Shown here: positions 29,433 to 38,603 of the stretch, piece by piece | Numbering within the stretch: the first letter of the stretch is position 1 | How the letters are laid out: the number at the start of each line of letters is the position of its first letter | Made by a program: the position numbers and the translations under genes | Origin: an uncultured Gammaproteobacteria bacterium | GTDB lineage: Bacteria > Patescibacteriota > Patescibacteriia > UBA1558 > 2-01-FULL-52-15 | Assembly: GCA_964402565.1 (NCBI GenBank) | Contig: CAYOCJ010000001.1 | Coordinates: forward strand, 352,079-416,078 | Length of the DNA: 64,000 nucleotides | Direction of reading: 5' to 3' | The notes under the pieces: generated by a model | Told to the model about the DNA's origin: nothing | What the model saw: only the letters and a program-made list of their open reading frames with translations | The model's database searches: none

Positions 29433-31486
29433 ATACCTTGCGCACCACTATCCGCGATGCCCGAGGAGATAGCAGCGATTATATTTTGGTAGCGACATGG
29501 GTGATGTGCGCAGTCGGCATTGTAGCCTTGCTCGGAGGTTTTTTTTGGTTTTGGCTTATCATTCCACTCGCTGTTTGTTGTGCAGGCGTCGGCGTGTATG
29601 GGTTCGTCAATAAGCGGATCATCATGCCGAAAGGTTTTGTACAAATCATGGCAGTAATGCTATTTTTTTTGTTTGGCGTCATGCTTCTGCGGGGGTTCTA
29701 TACCGGCGATGGCCCGGCATACTGGCTGCCGTTTGCACGCAGTATGGTAGAGAACCACAGGATCATTCCGTTTATACAAACACAGGACGCGGCTACCGGT
29801 AGAGAACCGTTATTGCCCATTTTTTTGAGCATTGGAATATTTTTTTCTCAATCTGAGTGGGCATATGGCTGGGTACCGCTGCTTTTTACACTGGGAACTT
29901 TGCTGTATATAGTACGCTGGCTGCGCGATTCAGATATTGAGCCAGTATATCAGCGATGGGCCGTCGCTATTTTTTTATCAGCGCCATTGATCGCGTTCTG
30001 GAGCTGGAATATCCTTGAAGAGGCCCCGGTGCTTTTTGCATTCACTGCATTTTTTTTCTACGCGGACCGGTATCGCAAGTCGCTCTCTGATATTGATTTT
30101 ATTTTTCTAACGACCGCGCTTGGCATAGCATTATTGACCAGGTATATTGCTCTTGTTCTGCTGCTGCCGTATGGGTTGCTTTGGCTGCAGTCCCAAAAAA
30201 AAGTACACAAGCTCCTATTTTTTGGTATAGCGTGCCTTCCATTTTTGATGTGGATCACTAAGAATTGCCTGGTTTACCATTCGCCATTTTTCCCGTTATT
30301 TTCATCGCTCTTTGGCGGCCCCTATGCTGCGTATCAGGCTCACTCGCACTTTCTGGGTTCACTCTCAATGAGCCTGGTTGATAAAATATATTTCGTCATT
30401 CGACAGCTCGCATTTGAGCTGCCCATCGTTTGCATAGGCTTCTGGGCACTGATACGCGAAAAGCGATATGCATACGCAGCCGTCGTCGCGATCATTCTTC
30501 TGGCATTAACATCGCTATTTTTTACACAGACGTCTGCAACTCGTTATTTCTACCCATTCGCTGGCTTGCTTGTTGTATATGGTTTTCGCTATCTTGTGTC
30601 CGAAAAAAACCAAAATACACTGTTGTTTTTTCTTCTCATCTTGTGTGCTTCTTTATTGAGTGTCGATGTAACGCAGTCGTCTAGCCATTTCATAGGAAGC
30701 ATTGAGCATCTATTTCATGTTGCAGTACCACTGCTTAATTTCATATCACGATATGCGTGGATTTTTGCGCTGTGTATCCCTGCGGTCATGCTCGTGGTCA
30801 AGATGCCCGTAGATCGAATACGCAGCAGTATTTTTGTGTTGCTGGCGCTGCACATAGTTCATCTACGTTTCATTGAGAACAAAAGCTGGATCGCGACATG
30901 GCCATGGATCATCTTGTGCATGATCTTGATCATGGCACTCGCATCAAAAAAACTATCAGTTGTAGTTTCGCGGACCATGACAGCTCTTGTGCTTATCGCC
31001 ATCCTCACGGATACGTGGGGCCTCGCTATCGTCTATGCCATGCAAAACCATGATCTGAGCTTCAACTCGGTTTCGCGGATCTATTCAGCGCAGGACATCA
31101 TCGGGCGCGAGATCGATCGCCGCGAGAAAGGAGCAAAGGATTTTTATCTCCTCACCGAAGCTCCGGGGTATTATGCATGGGACCTCCATTACCATGTCGT
31201 GACGTTCAGATCCTTCAATTTTAATTATATTACGAAACTGCACCTCGAGAACGCGCATTCGGCAGCTGAAGTCCGTGATGCGCTCCAGACAGGAACTATC
31301 AAATACCTTATTTACGAGGGCGACGAAAATGTGCCGGCATATGAACAGTTTGACACCGGGTATATAAATGCGCACAATACCATCTATCAAGTAGCTCGAG
31401 ATAATCCAGCAATTTTCCCGTCCGTATTCAACGTAACGGACCCTGAAAACGGCATTCAAGCAGTGGTCTATCAGGTCTATGAGTAA
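29429..31486 (+). CDS. large polytopic membrane protein, GT-C-like candidate acceptor-side partner of the adjacent GtrB-like enzyme
   Basis: ATGA overlap with the GT2 gene. 685 aa, more than 12 TM helices and a C-terminal soluble domain. No specific family motif was recognised. Confidence 0.4.
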   Translation: MNTLRTTIRDARGDSSDYILVATWVMCAVGIVALLGGFFWFWLIIPLAVCCAGVGVYGFVNKRIIMPKGFVQIMAVMLFFLFGVMLLRGFYTGDGPAYWLPFARSMVENHRIIPFIQTQDAATGREPLLPIFLSIGIFFSQSEWAYGWVPLLFTLGTLLYIVRWLRDSDIEPVYQRWAVAIFLSAPLIAFWSWNILEEAPVLFAFTAFFFYADRYRKSLSDIDFIFLTTALGIALLTRYIALVLLLPYGLLWLQSQKKVHKLLFFGIACLPFLMWITKNCLVYHSPFFPLFSSLFGGPYAAYQAHSHFLGSLSMSLVDKIYFVIRQLAFELPIVCIGFWALIREKRYAYAAVVAIILLALTSLFFTQTSATRYFYPFAGLLVVYGFRYLVSEKNQNTLLFFLLILCASLLSVDVTQSSSHFIGSIEHLFHVAVPLLNFISRYAWIFALCIPAVMLVVKMPVDRIRSSIFVLLALHIVHLRFIENKSWIATWPWIILCMILIMALASKKLSVVVSRTMTALVLIAILTDTWGLAIVYAMQNHDLSFNSVSRIYSAQDIIGREIDRREKGAKDFYLLTEAPGYYAWDLHYHVVTFRSFNFNYITKLHLENAHSAAEVRDALQTGTIKYLIYEGDENVPAYEQFDTGYINAHNTIYQVARDNPAIFPSVFNVTDPENGIQAVVYQVYE

Positions 31487-31492
31487 TACTTA

Positions 31493-32839
31493 ATGTCTGA
31501 CGTTATTCAAAAATATAAAGAGCGGGCGCTTAGTAGTCTTTTCATAAAGGACGTTGCATTGCTGCAAGCAAGTACACTCGCGATCACAGCGCTTTCAGTA
31601 GCATCGTCGGTCATTTTGGCCCGCATGCTGGGGCCTGAACAATATGGCACCTATGCGATCATCTTTTCTTTTACCGCATTGCTCGCGAGTTTTGCTGATT
31701 GGAGCGGCGCCAACTATGTCGTCACCACCTTTCTGTCGAGAGCGTACGTGGAGAAGAACAGAGCGCAGATCGAATCCATCATCGGGTATGTCGTTAAAAT
31801 GTTCTTGTTCGTTTTTCTGCCGCTGACCGTGCTTGCCATTTTGGTAGCGCCGCAACTGTCCACGCGTTTCTATCACAGCTCCTATATAGGCGTCATGACG
31901 CGATTGCTTTTGTTTGAGAATATACTCGGAGCTGTTTTTGGCATTTTTAAGGTATTGCTCGAGGCCAGCAGAAAAATAAAGAAATTAACGATACTTGAGG
32001 TCACTGAAAAATTATTTTTCATCATCATTCCGATCCTCTTTGTCATTTTCCATTTCGGCGTGACCGGTTATGTGTGGGGCGTGATCATCGCCTCAACGTG
32101 CATGGTCGCGATCGGCTACTATCTGTACCGGGTATTAACCCGCCGAGATCCGTTGTTTCCACCTATGAGAAAGGTGCTCGCGAATGCTACTGAAAAAAAT
32201 TCGCGCGAGTATGTTCTGTTCGGATTCAATGCTTCTCTGGATAAGACACTTTCGAATATCAGTGCTACATTACCGATAGCTTTTTTGGCAGCAGTAGCCT
32301 CGCGGTCAGAGGTTGGCTTTTATAAATTAGCTCTCAGTTATATATCGTTATCGACCCTGCTTTTGAAACCGGCGGCTCGCTTGTTAAATTCACAGCTGCC
32401 GAAATCCTTATCGTTCGGCATCGGTAATTTAAAGAGAGATTTCTATAGAGCTACGTATTTTTCAGCAGGATTCGCGATCATCGCCGTGGTGCCGTTCATT
32501 CTTTTGGCAAAGCCGCTGGTTTATATTTTTTATGGAGAACGGTTCGCTCCGGTGGTTGCGCTGGTTCCGGCACTTATGATCTTCGCAGTCATTTCAGCCG
32601 TTTCAACAGGCATCGGAGCGCTGTTCCGAACGATACAGAAGGTGCGCGTTGCGGTCATTATAAATATTTTGAATTTTTGTATCGCAATGCCTATTAGTTA
32701 TGTTATTATCATGCAGTACGGGGTGTGGGGGATGGTATGGTCAAGCATAGGAGACTCGCTTGTCATTGCCATAGTCTGTCATATATACTTTAGAAATTAT
32801 TTTTCATTCATGGCCAAGAATACTGCGCAGGCGAATTAG
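31493..32839 (+). CDS. Wzx-type oligosaccharide flippase (MOP superfamily polysaccharide biosynthesis protein)
   Basis: 448 aa with about 14 TM helices. Size and topology are typical of Wzx/PST. Confidence 0.6.
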   Translation: MSDVIQKYKERALSSLFIKDVALLQASTLAITALSVASSVILARMLGPEQYGTYAIIFSFTALLASFADWSGANYVVTTFLSRAYVEKNRAQIESIIGYVVKMFLFVFLPLTVLAILVAPQLSTRFYHSSYIGVMTRLLLFENILGAVFGIFKVLLEASRKIKKLTILEVTEKLFFIIIPILFVIFHFGVTGYVWGVIIASTCMVAIGYYLYRVLTRRDPLFPPMRKVLANATEKNSREYVLFGFNASLDKTLSNISATLPIAFLAAVASRSEVGFYKLALSYISLSTLLLKPAARLLNSQLPKSLSFGIGNLKRDFYRATYFSAGFAIIAVVPFILLAKPLVYIFYGERFAPVVALVPALMIFAVISAVSTGIGALFRTIQKVRVAVIINILNFCIAMPISYVIIMQYGVWGMVWSSIGDSLVIAIVCHIYFRNYFSFMAKNTAQAN

Positions 32840-32848
32840 CTGATCTCT

Positions 32849-33460
32849 ATGCACACTACCCGAGATGTAATCAATCATTGTAAACAGTATTTTTCCGGAG
32901 CCCTTCTTGATGTGGGCGCCGGCAATGCCAAATACCGCGGGCTTATTCAACCCTCAGTGTCAGCATATACCACCTGTGATATGTTTCCTGGGAAGAATAT
33001 TGATGTTGTTTGTGATGTCGATCATTTAACTTTTGCGGACGGAGCATTTGATACTGTTATTTCGACGCAGGTATTGGAACATGTGCCGCATCCATGGCGC
33101 ATGATTGCCGAAGTGAGTCGCGTTTTGAAACCAGGCGGCATCTGTATGGTGTCAGCGCCTTTTTTGGTTCCCTATCATGCAGATCCGCATGATTATTTCA
33201 GATATACGCCCGAAGGCCTGCGCTCGCTCATGGAAGATAATGGTTTTGAAGTAGTAGAATGCGCATCCTATGGAAAGATCGGCGTGGTCCTTTCAGAGTT
33301 GACCAGGTTTACTTTTTTTTCGCCTTATGAACGAAACGAAAGCCGCTTTGCTCGCGTGAGCACCAGGGGGATACAGGCGATCGGTCGCGGTATTGATACA
33401 CTTTTTAAAACGAAGCACATATACGCCAATGTATATTGCGTAGCGCGTAAAAAGCACTAG
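32849..33460 (+). CDS. class I SAM-dependent methyltransferase (Methyltransf_11-like)
   Basis: Motif LLDVGAGNAKY. Confidence 0.65.
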   Translation: MHTTRDVINHCKQYFSGALLDVGAGNAKYRGLIQPSVSAYTTCDMFPGKNIDVVCDVDHLTFADGAFDTVISTQVLEHVPHPWRMIAEVSRVLKPGGICMVSAPFLVPYHADPHDYFRYTPEGLRSLMEDNGFEVVECASYGKIGVVLSELTRFTFFSPYERNESRFARVSTRGIQAIGRGIDTLFKTKHIYANVYCVARKKH

Positions 33461-33463
33461 ACG

Positions 33464-34669
33464 ATGAGGATCTTGTATCTCAGCGATGATTTTCCTCCCT
33501 CTGTAGTAGGCGGAGCAGGCAAGGTGGCGGAATCGCTTGCACTCGGCATGGTGAAGGCAGGACACACCGTTGCAGTTATTTGTCGCGTGGGTGAACAAGC
33601 AGAGGAGCGATCAGAAATGTATAAAGGCATGATGGTGCATTACGTGTATTCATCGTATCATGTCCGCTGGCGCCACTATCGGTCGCTCTATAATTCGCAG
33701 ACCGTAGGCAAGGTTGATGGGATCATGGCCGGTTTCAAGCCGGACATTGTACATGCGCATAATGTTCATTTTTATCTCTCGTATGCGTGCCTTGAGCGTG
33801 CACGCAAGTATACGCGCCGTATTTTTCTGACCGTGCATGATGTCATGCTATTCCACTACGGCAAGCTCCTCGGCGGTCATGGTGAAACTTCGCCGTGGAA
33901 ACAAATGAACATGGCAGGTCTGCGCTATAATCCATTGCGAAATAGGATCATACGGAAGTATCTGCGGTCAGTAACGACTATTTTTGCAGTAAGCGACGCA
34001 TTGCGTGATGTCTTGCGAGAACATGGCTTCAAGAATGTGGTGACCATCCACAATGGTATCAATACGGACGAATGGAAAGAAGACCGTCAGCAGATTGAAA
34101 TATTCAAAAAGAAATTTAATATCCTGTCGAAGAAGGTCATCTTGTTCGCCGGGCGCATCACCGGTATGAAGGGCGGCAATGTACTCGTGAACGCGTTGCC
34201 TGCGATCGTTCAGAACGTACCTGACGCGGTTCTGGTGATAGCAGGAAAAAATGACGATTATGCATCTGCACTGTTTGCTCAAATTGAGAAGCTTCATTTG
34301 GGCGATCATATGAAGATTACCGGATGGCTATCTGGCAATGAGCTTGTAGCAGCGTATCATAGCGCAACGGTCGTCACGGTACCGTCGCAGTATCTGGATC
34401 CGTTCCCGACGGTGAATTTAGAGGCAATGGCATGCGCTAAACCAGTTATATGCACGAATAAAGGCGGATCTCCTGAAGCAGTGGTGCACGGAACGACGGG
34501 AATCGTATTTGACGCGACGAATTACGAGGAGCTTGCCCGCGACATAGCGGATCTATTGACCGATGATGTTCGGGCGCGGCAGATGGGCGCAGAAGGTTTG
34601 AGGCGCGTTCGTGAAGTTTTTTCAATTGAAGCACAAGTGAAATCAGTGCTCGAGCACTATACGCAGTGA
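33464..34669 (+). CDS. GT4-family glycosyltransferase
   Basis: Motif NLEAMACAKPVICTNKGGSPEAVVHGTTGIVFD. Confidence 0.8.
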   Translation: MRILYLSDDFPPSVVGGAGKVAESLALGMVKAGHTVAVICRVGEQAEERSEMYKGMMVHYVYSSYHVRWRHYRSLYNSQTVGKVDGIMAGFKPDIVHAHNVHFYLSYACLERARKYTRRIFLTVHDVMLFHYGKLLGGHGETSPWKQMNMAGLRYNPLRNRIIRKYLRSVTTIFAVSDALRDVLREHGFKNVVTIHNGINTDEWKEDRQQIEIFKKKFNILSKKVILFAGRITGMKGGNVLVNALPAIVQNVPDAVLVIAGKNDDYASALFAQIEKLHLGDHMKITGWLSGNELVAAYHSATVVTVPSQYLDPFPTVNLEAMACAKPVICTNKGGSPEAVVHGTTGIVFDATNYEELARDIADLLTDDVRARQMGAEGLRRVREVFSIEAQVKSVLEHYTQ

Positions 34670-34734
34670 TCGAGCGAGCCGTTCTTGCGTAATATAAGCA
34701 TACTGATACAATGCACCAGTAAATATTTGCTTAT

Positions 34735-36765
34735 ATGTGCGGAATTATTGGCGTTATTGCAAAACAGGGAGCCTCGTCGAAATACCCACTCCAGTCTTTG
34801 GTGCGGGAATTATTATTACTGTCTGAATCGCGCGGTAAGGAAGCATCAGGGATCGCGATCGCTAGTAGCGATGCGATACAGGTATTCAATGCGCCGCAGC
34901 CAGCATCGATTCTTTTGAAGCAACATACCTATACCGAAGCGATACAACGTGCAAATGATATGAATACTGATCCATTCGTGTGCATCGGCCATGCTCGTCT
35001 TGTTACCAATGGCACCATGGAGCATCCATACAATAACCAGCCTATTATCAAGGACGGTATTGTCGGCATTCACAATGGCATTATCGTGAACGACCGAGAT
35101 TTGTGGGAGCGTCATCCGGATCTCAAGCGTGCATATGAAGTTGATACTGAAGTTGCACTCAGTATATTAAGAAGCTATCTTCGATCAGGCTTGAGCATTG
35201 ATAACTCTCTGCAGAAGTTATATGGGTCACTGCGAGGCACTGCCTCAATGGCGCTACTGTTCGATGATCGATCGGAACTGGTCTTAGCGACGAATAATGG
35301 CTCGCTCTATATGTGCAGCAATGCTGATACGTCTGTTTTTTTCTTTGCATCCGAGCTGCATATCGCAGAAAAAATTATTGAAAAATTTGGCGTAGGTATC
35401 GGGATGGCACAATTCGATATTATTCACGTGAAAGCCAATGAGGCATACACCATTGATCCGGACACCCTTCAGGTGCGGAATATTCAGCTTGCAGCAGGAA
35501 ATCATACTGACGAGCATTCTGTTAGTATAACTGCAATTAAAAAGCGCAGCATAGTTCGATTGAATCCGAGTACGCGTGTCGACCTAGCAAGCACTGGGTT
35601 GCCGGAAGCTCATTCAGTGGAGCGAGAGCGGCAGCTGCATACTTCATTCGGTTCTTTGTATGAGCGGGCATCAGCCCGTATTCATTCACTTCGCCGCTGT
35701 ACTCGCTGCGTCTTGCCTGAAACAATGCCTTTCATTCATTTTGATCCTGAGGGGGTTTGCAATTATTGCAAGAATTATGCTCAGATCACCTATCAAGGCG
35801 CAGATGTTCTGAAGAAAAAATTGAATGATCTGGCGTCAGCAGGACCTTCGCGATTCGTGGTGTGTCTGAGCGGCGGACGCGATTCAAGCTATGGATTGCA
35901 TTATTTCAAGAAAATACTGGGTCTTGATGTGGTCGCCTATTCCTATGACTGGGGCATGGTCACTGACCTTGCCCGCCGTAATCAAGCGCGCATGTGCGGA
36001 AACTTGGGCGTTGAGCATATTTTGGTTTCAGCGGACATAAAAAAGAAACGGAACAATATTCGCCTGAATGTCCTGGCATGGCTTCAAAAACCTGATCTGG
36101 GAACGATACCGCTGTTCATGGCCGGGGATAAGCAGTATTTTTACTATGCGAATGAGGTAGCAAAACAAACGCATGCGCAGCGCATAGTAATGTCAGAAAA
36201 TGCTCTTGAGCGAACGCACTTTAAGCATGGTTTTTGCAATATTTCCCATTCGCATTCAGACAAATCGCCATACGCCATGAGTTTTAGCGATAAAACGCGC
36301 CTCGCATGGTATTATGCCCGTCAATTCGCGACAAACAGAGCTTTTTTGAACCGTTCGTTGTTAGACACTATTGATGGGTATCGGTCATACTATTTTATCC
36401 CACATGACTACCTGTATTTGTTCGATTATATTCCGTGGGTCGAAGAAGAGATCAATACTACCTTGATCAAGGATTATGATTGGGAAATAGCAGAAGATAC
36501 CAAGAGTACCTGGAGAATAGGGGACGGGACTGCGCCTTTCTATAACTATATCTACTATTTGCTCGCAGGTTTTACTGAAAATGACACCTTCCGCAGCAAT
36601 CAGATCAGACAAGGCATACTTGATCGCGCTACGGCCCTTGAACTGGTACGACGCGATAATCAGCCGCGCTATGCGTCCATTGATTGGTATTGCAAGACGA
36701 TCTCGATTGATACTGAGACAACGCTGAAAGCCATACACGCTATGCAGCGTCTCTATGAATCATAA
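34735..36765 (+). CDS. glutamine amidotransferase: Ntn (class II) glutaminase domain fused to zinc-ribbon PP-loop N-acetyl-sugar amidotransferase (WbuX/PseA-like)
   Basis: The N-terminus is MCGIIG, giving the Cys2 nucleophile. A central zinc ribbon is CTRC..17..CNYC. The PP-loop is VCLSGGRDSSYGL. Downstream WbuX-like blocks include DWGMVTDLARRNQ. Confidence 0.6.
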   Translation: MCGIIGVIAKQGASSKYPLQSLVRELLLLSESRGKEASGIAIASSDAIQVFNAPQPASILLKQHTYTEAIQRANDMNTDPFVCIGHARLVTNGTMEHPYNNQPIIKDGIVGIHNGIIVNDRDLWERHPDLKRAYEVDTEVALSILRSYLRSGLSIDNSLQKLYGSLRGTASMALLFDDRSELVLATNNGSLYMCSNADTSVFFFASELHIAEKIIEKFGVGIGMAQFDIIHVKANEAYTIDPDTLQVRNIQLAAGNHTDEHSVSITAIKKRSIVRLNPSTRVDLASTGLPEAHSVERERQLHTSFGSLYERASARIHSLRRCTRCVLPETMPFIHFDPEGVCNYCKNYAQITYQGADVLKKKLNDLASAGPSRFVVCLSGGRDSSYGLHYFKKILGLDVVAYSYDWGMVTDLARRNQARMCGNLGVEHILVSADIKKKRNNIRLNVLAWLQKPDLGTIPLFMAGDKQYFYYANEVAKQTHAQRIVMSENALERTHFKHGFCNISHSHSDKSPYAMSFSDKTRLAWYYARQFATNRAFLNRSLLDTIDGYRSYYFIPHDYLYLFDYIPWVEEEINTTLIKDYDWEIAEDTKSTWRIGDGTAPFYNYIYYLLAGFTENDTFRSNQIRQGILDRATALELVRRDNQPRYASIDWYCKTISIDTETTLKAIHAMQRLYES

Positions 36766-37891
36766 GCCTATGCGCATCTGCTTTATTACTGAAAGCATTA
36801 CAGCAAAAAATGGATGGGGAGTGTATGCACGCGATTTGATTGGCGCGGTTCGCGCTCAAGGCATTGAGTGCACGGTACTTACCAGTCATTCGCATATACA
36901 CAGCGGCGATCCAGCTCCTTTTGAAAAGCGTTTATTGGGTTCGCCGAAATCCCCTTTCAAGACATTGCAGAATGCACGACGCATTAAATCCATTATACAG
37001 GCGAACGATTGCGTGCATATTCTCCAGGAACCATACCTAGCGCATATCTATCCGCTGAAAGGCAAGGTGCCTGTGGTCATGACAGCTCACGGCACATCAG
37101 CAGTCGAGCCGCTCGATAAAGGAAAACTCCGCTCATTGCGCCGGTCATTGTATCCGAAACTTGATGCGCTGATCTGCGTGAGCAACTTTACCAAGCAGGA
37201 AGTATTGAAACGCATTCCGAATACTTCAGTTGCCGTAATACCAAACGGCATCAATCTGAAGCACTTTAACATGGCAGCAAAATCTCACAGCGCAGGTGAT
37301 AGCTTTTCCGGAAAGAGACTGATCCTGAGCGTAGGAACTTTAAAGTCCCGAAAGGGTTATCATATAGCGATAGAAGCTATAGCTCGTCTGCGTGATCAGT
37401 TTTCAAATATAGCGTACTGCATTGTCGGTAGCACTGAAAATAAGACCTATACACAGACATTGAAAGATCTCATCCGCAAACTCCAAATTGAAAATGTGGT
37501 GATCATCAAGGGTGAAAGTTCAGACGATGAGCTCGCGGGCTTATATGCAGCTGCGGATGTTTTTGTCCTTACCAGCATTAATACAGCTGCAGGCGCTTTT
37601 GAGGGTTTTGGCCTGGTGTATCTTGAAGCAGGATTGCATGGACTGCCGGTCATAGGCACTCGCGGCAATGGTTCTGAAGAAGCAATTCAGGAAGGGAGAA
37701 CGGGGCTACTCGTACCGCAGAATGACATAGAAGCAACAGCAGCAGCTATAGGAAAGCTATTGGCTGACCGCGCCAAAGCAAAAGCAATGGGCGCTCAAGG
37801 CAAAGCCTATGCACAGTCACAAAGCTGGAATGCGATAGCGCCTCAGTATATTCAGGTCTATCGCAAGGCTATGAAGCAGGAAGGTTCTTGA
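36755..37891 (+). CDS. GT4-family glycosyltransferase
   Basis: Motif FEGFGLVYLEAGLHGLPVIGTRGNGSEEAI. 11-nt overlap with the upstream gene. Confidence 0.8.
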   Translation: MNHKPMRICFITESITAKNGWGVYARDLIGAVRAQGIECTVLTSHSHIHSGDPAPFEKRLLGSPKSPFKTLQNARRIKSIIQANDCVHILQEPYLAHIYPLKGKVPVVMTAHGTSAVEPLDKGKLRSLRRSLYPKLDALICVSNFTKQEVLKRIPNTSVAVIPNGINLKHFNMAAKSHSAGDSFSGKRLILSVGTLKSRKGYHIAIEAIARLRDQFSNIAYCIVGSTENKTYTQTLKDLIRKLQIENVVIIKGESSDDELAGLYAAADVFVLTSINTAAGAFEGFGLVYLEAGLHGLPVIGTRGNGSEEAIQEGRTGLLVPQNDIEATAAAIGKLLADRAKAKAMGAQGKAYAQSQSWNAIAPQYIQVYRKAMKQEGS

Positions 37892-38600
37892 TGATAGCGC
37901 GCCATTTGCTGCTATCGAGAGAAACATCGCGAGGAAGGACCGTGGGAATATCGTGAATCGACATTTTCCCCACGTTAGGCGTTTGAGCTGAAGCCAGGTC
38001 AAAGGTCGTTTTTCGTTCACCGCCGATATGCAGCACGCCGAATACAGACTTCAGGAGTGCAATCTGCAGCAGCTGGGGAGCGCGCGTGGATGCATAGTCG
38101 GCCGTTGTCCACTGATCGATGAACGCTTTGGGATAGGGCCAGGGCCCGTCTTTTTTAAATGAGGTTCTCAGAATTAAGGTATTCGGATACTGGCGAACTG
38201 CCATTTCTCCCAAAAGTTTGGTTAAGGCATAGTAATTAACCGGATTTGGCACATCCGTTTCTCTGTAATTCCCTTTTGTGCCGTCGAATACATAGTCAGT
38301 CGAGATGTATACGAATTTTTTTCCCTTGAATGATCGCAATACGTTTTCAGTTCCCTCCACATTCACCCGGTAGCAAAGATCTTTGCTCGTCTCGGCGCCG
38401 GCAACATCAGTTATCGCCGCGCAGTGTATGAGAAGATCGTACGTCTTGGCCTGAAAAAAGCGTTCGACAGCAGCTTTGTCCGTGATATCAAGATCGTTTT
38501 TGTCGATGCCGGTACTGTCGATCAGCGACATCAGAAGCGAACCTAAGGTACCGCGTGCACCAGTAATAAGTATCCGCTGATTCGGTGCAAAGGGTTTCAT
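37869..38600 (-). CDS. rmlD: dTDP-4-dehydrorhamnose reductase-like short-chain NAD(P) oxidoreductase (RmlD family)
   Basis: Motifs ILITGARGTLG, YISTDYVFDG and YALTK (YxxxK). The protein is short at 243 aa. It is convergent with the GT4 gene and overlaps it by 23 nt. Confidence 0.6.
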   Translation of the reverse strand: MKPFAPNQRILITGARGTLGSLLMSLIDSTGIDKNDLDITDKAAVERFFQAKTYDLLIHCAAITDVAGAETSKDLCYRVNVEGTENVLRSFKGKKFVYISTDYVFDGTKGNYRETDVPNPVNYYALTKLLGEMAVRQYPNTLILRTSFKKDGPWPYPKAFIDQWTTADYASTRAPQLLQIALLKSVFGVLHIGGERKTTFDLASAQTPNVGKMSIHDIPTVLPRDVSLDSSKWRAIIKNLPAS

Positions 38601-38603
38601 GTA

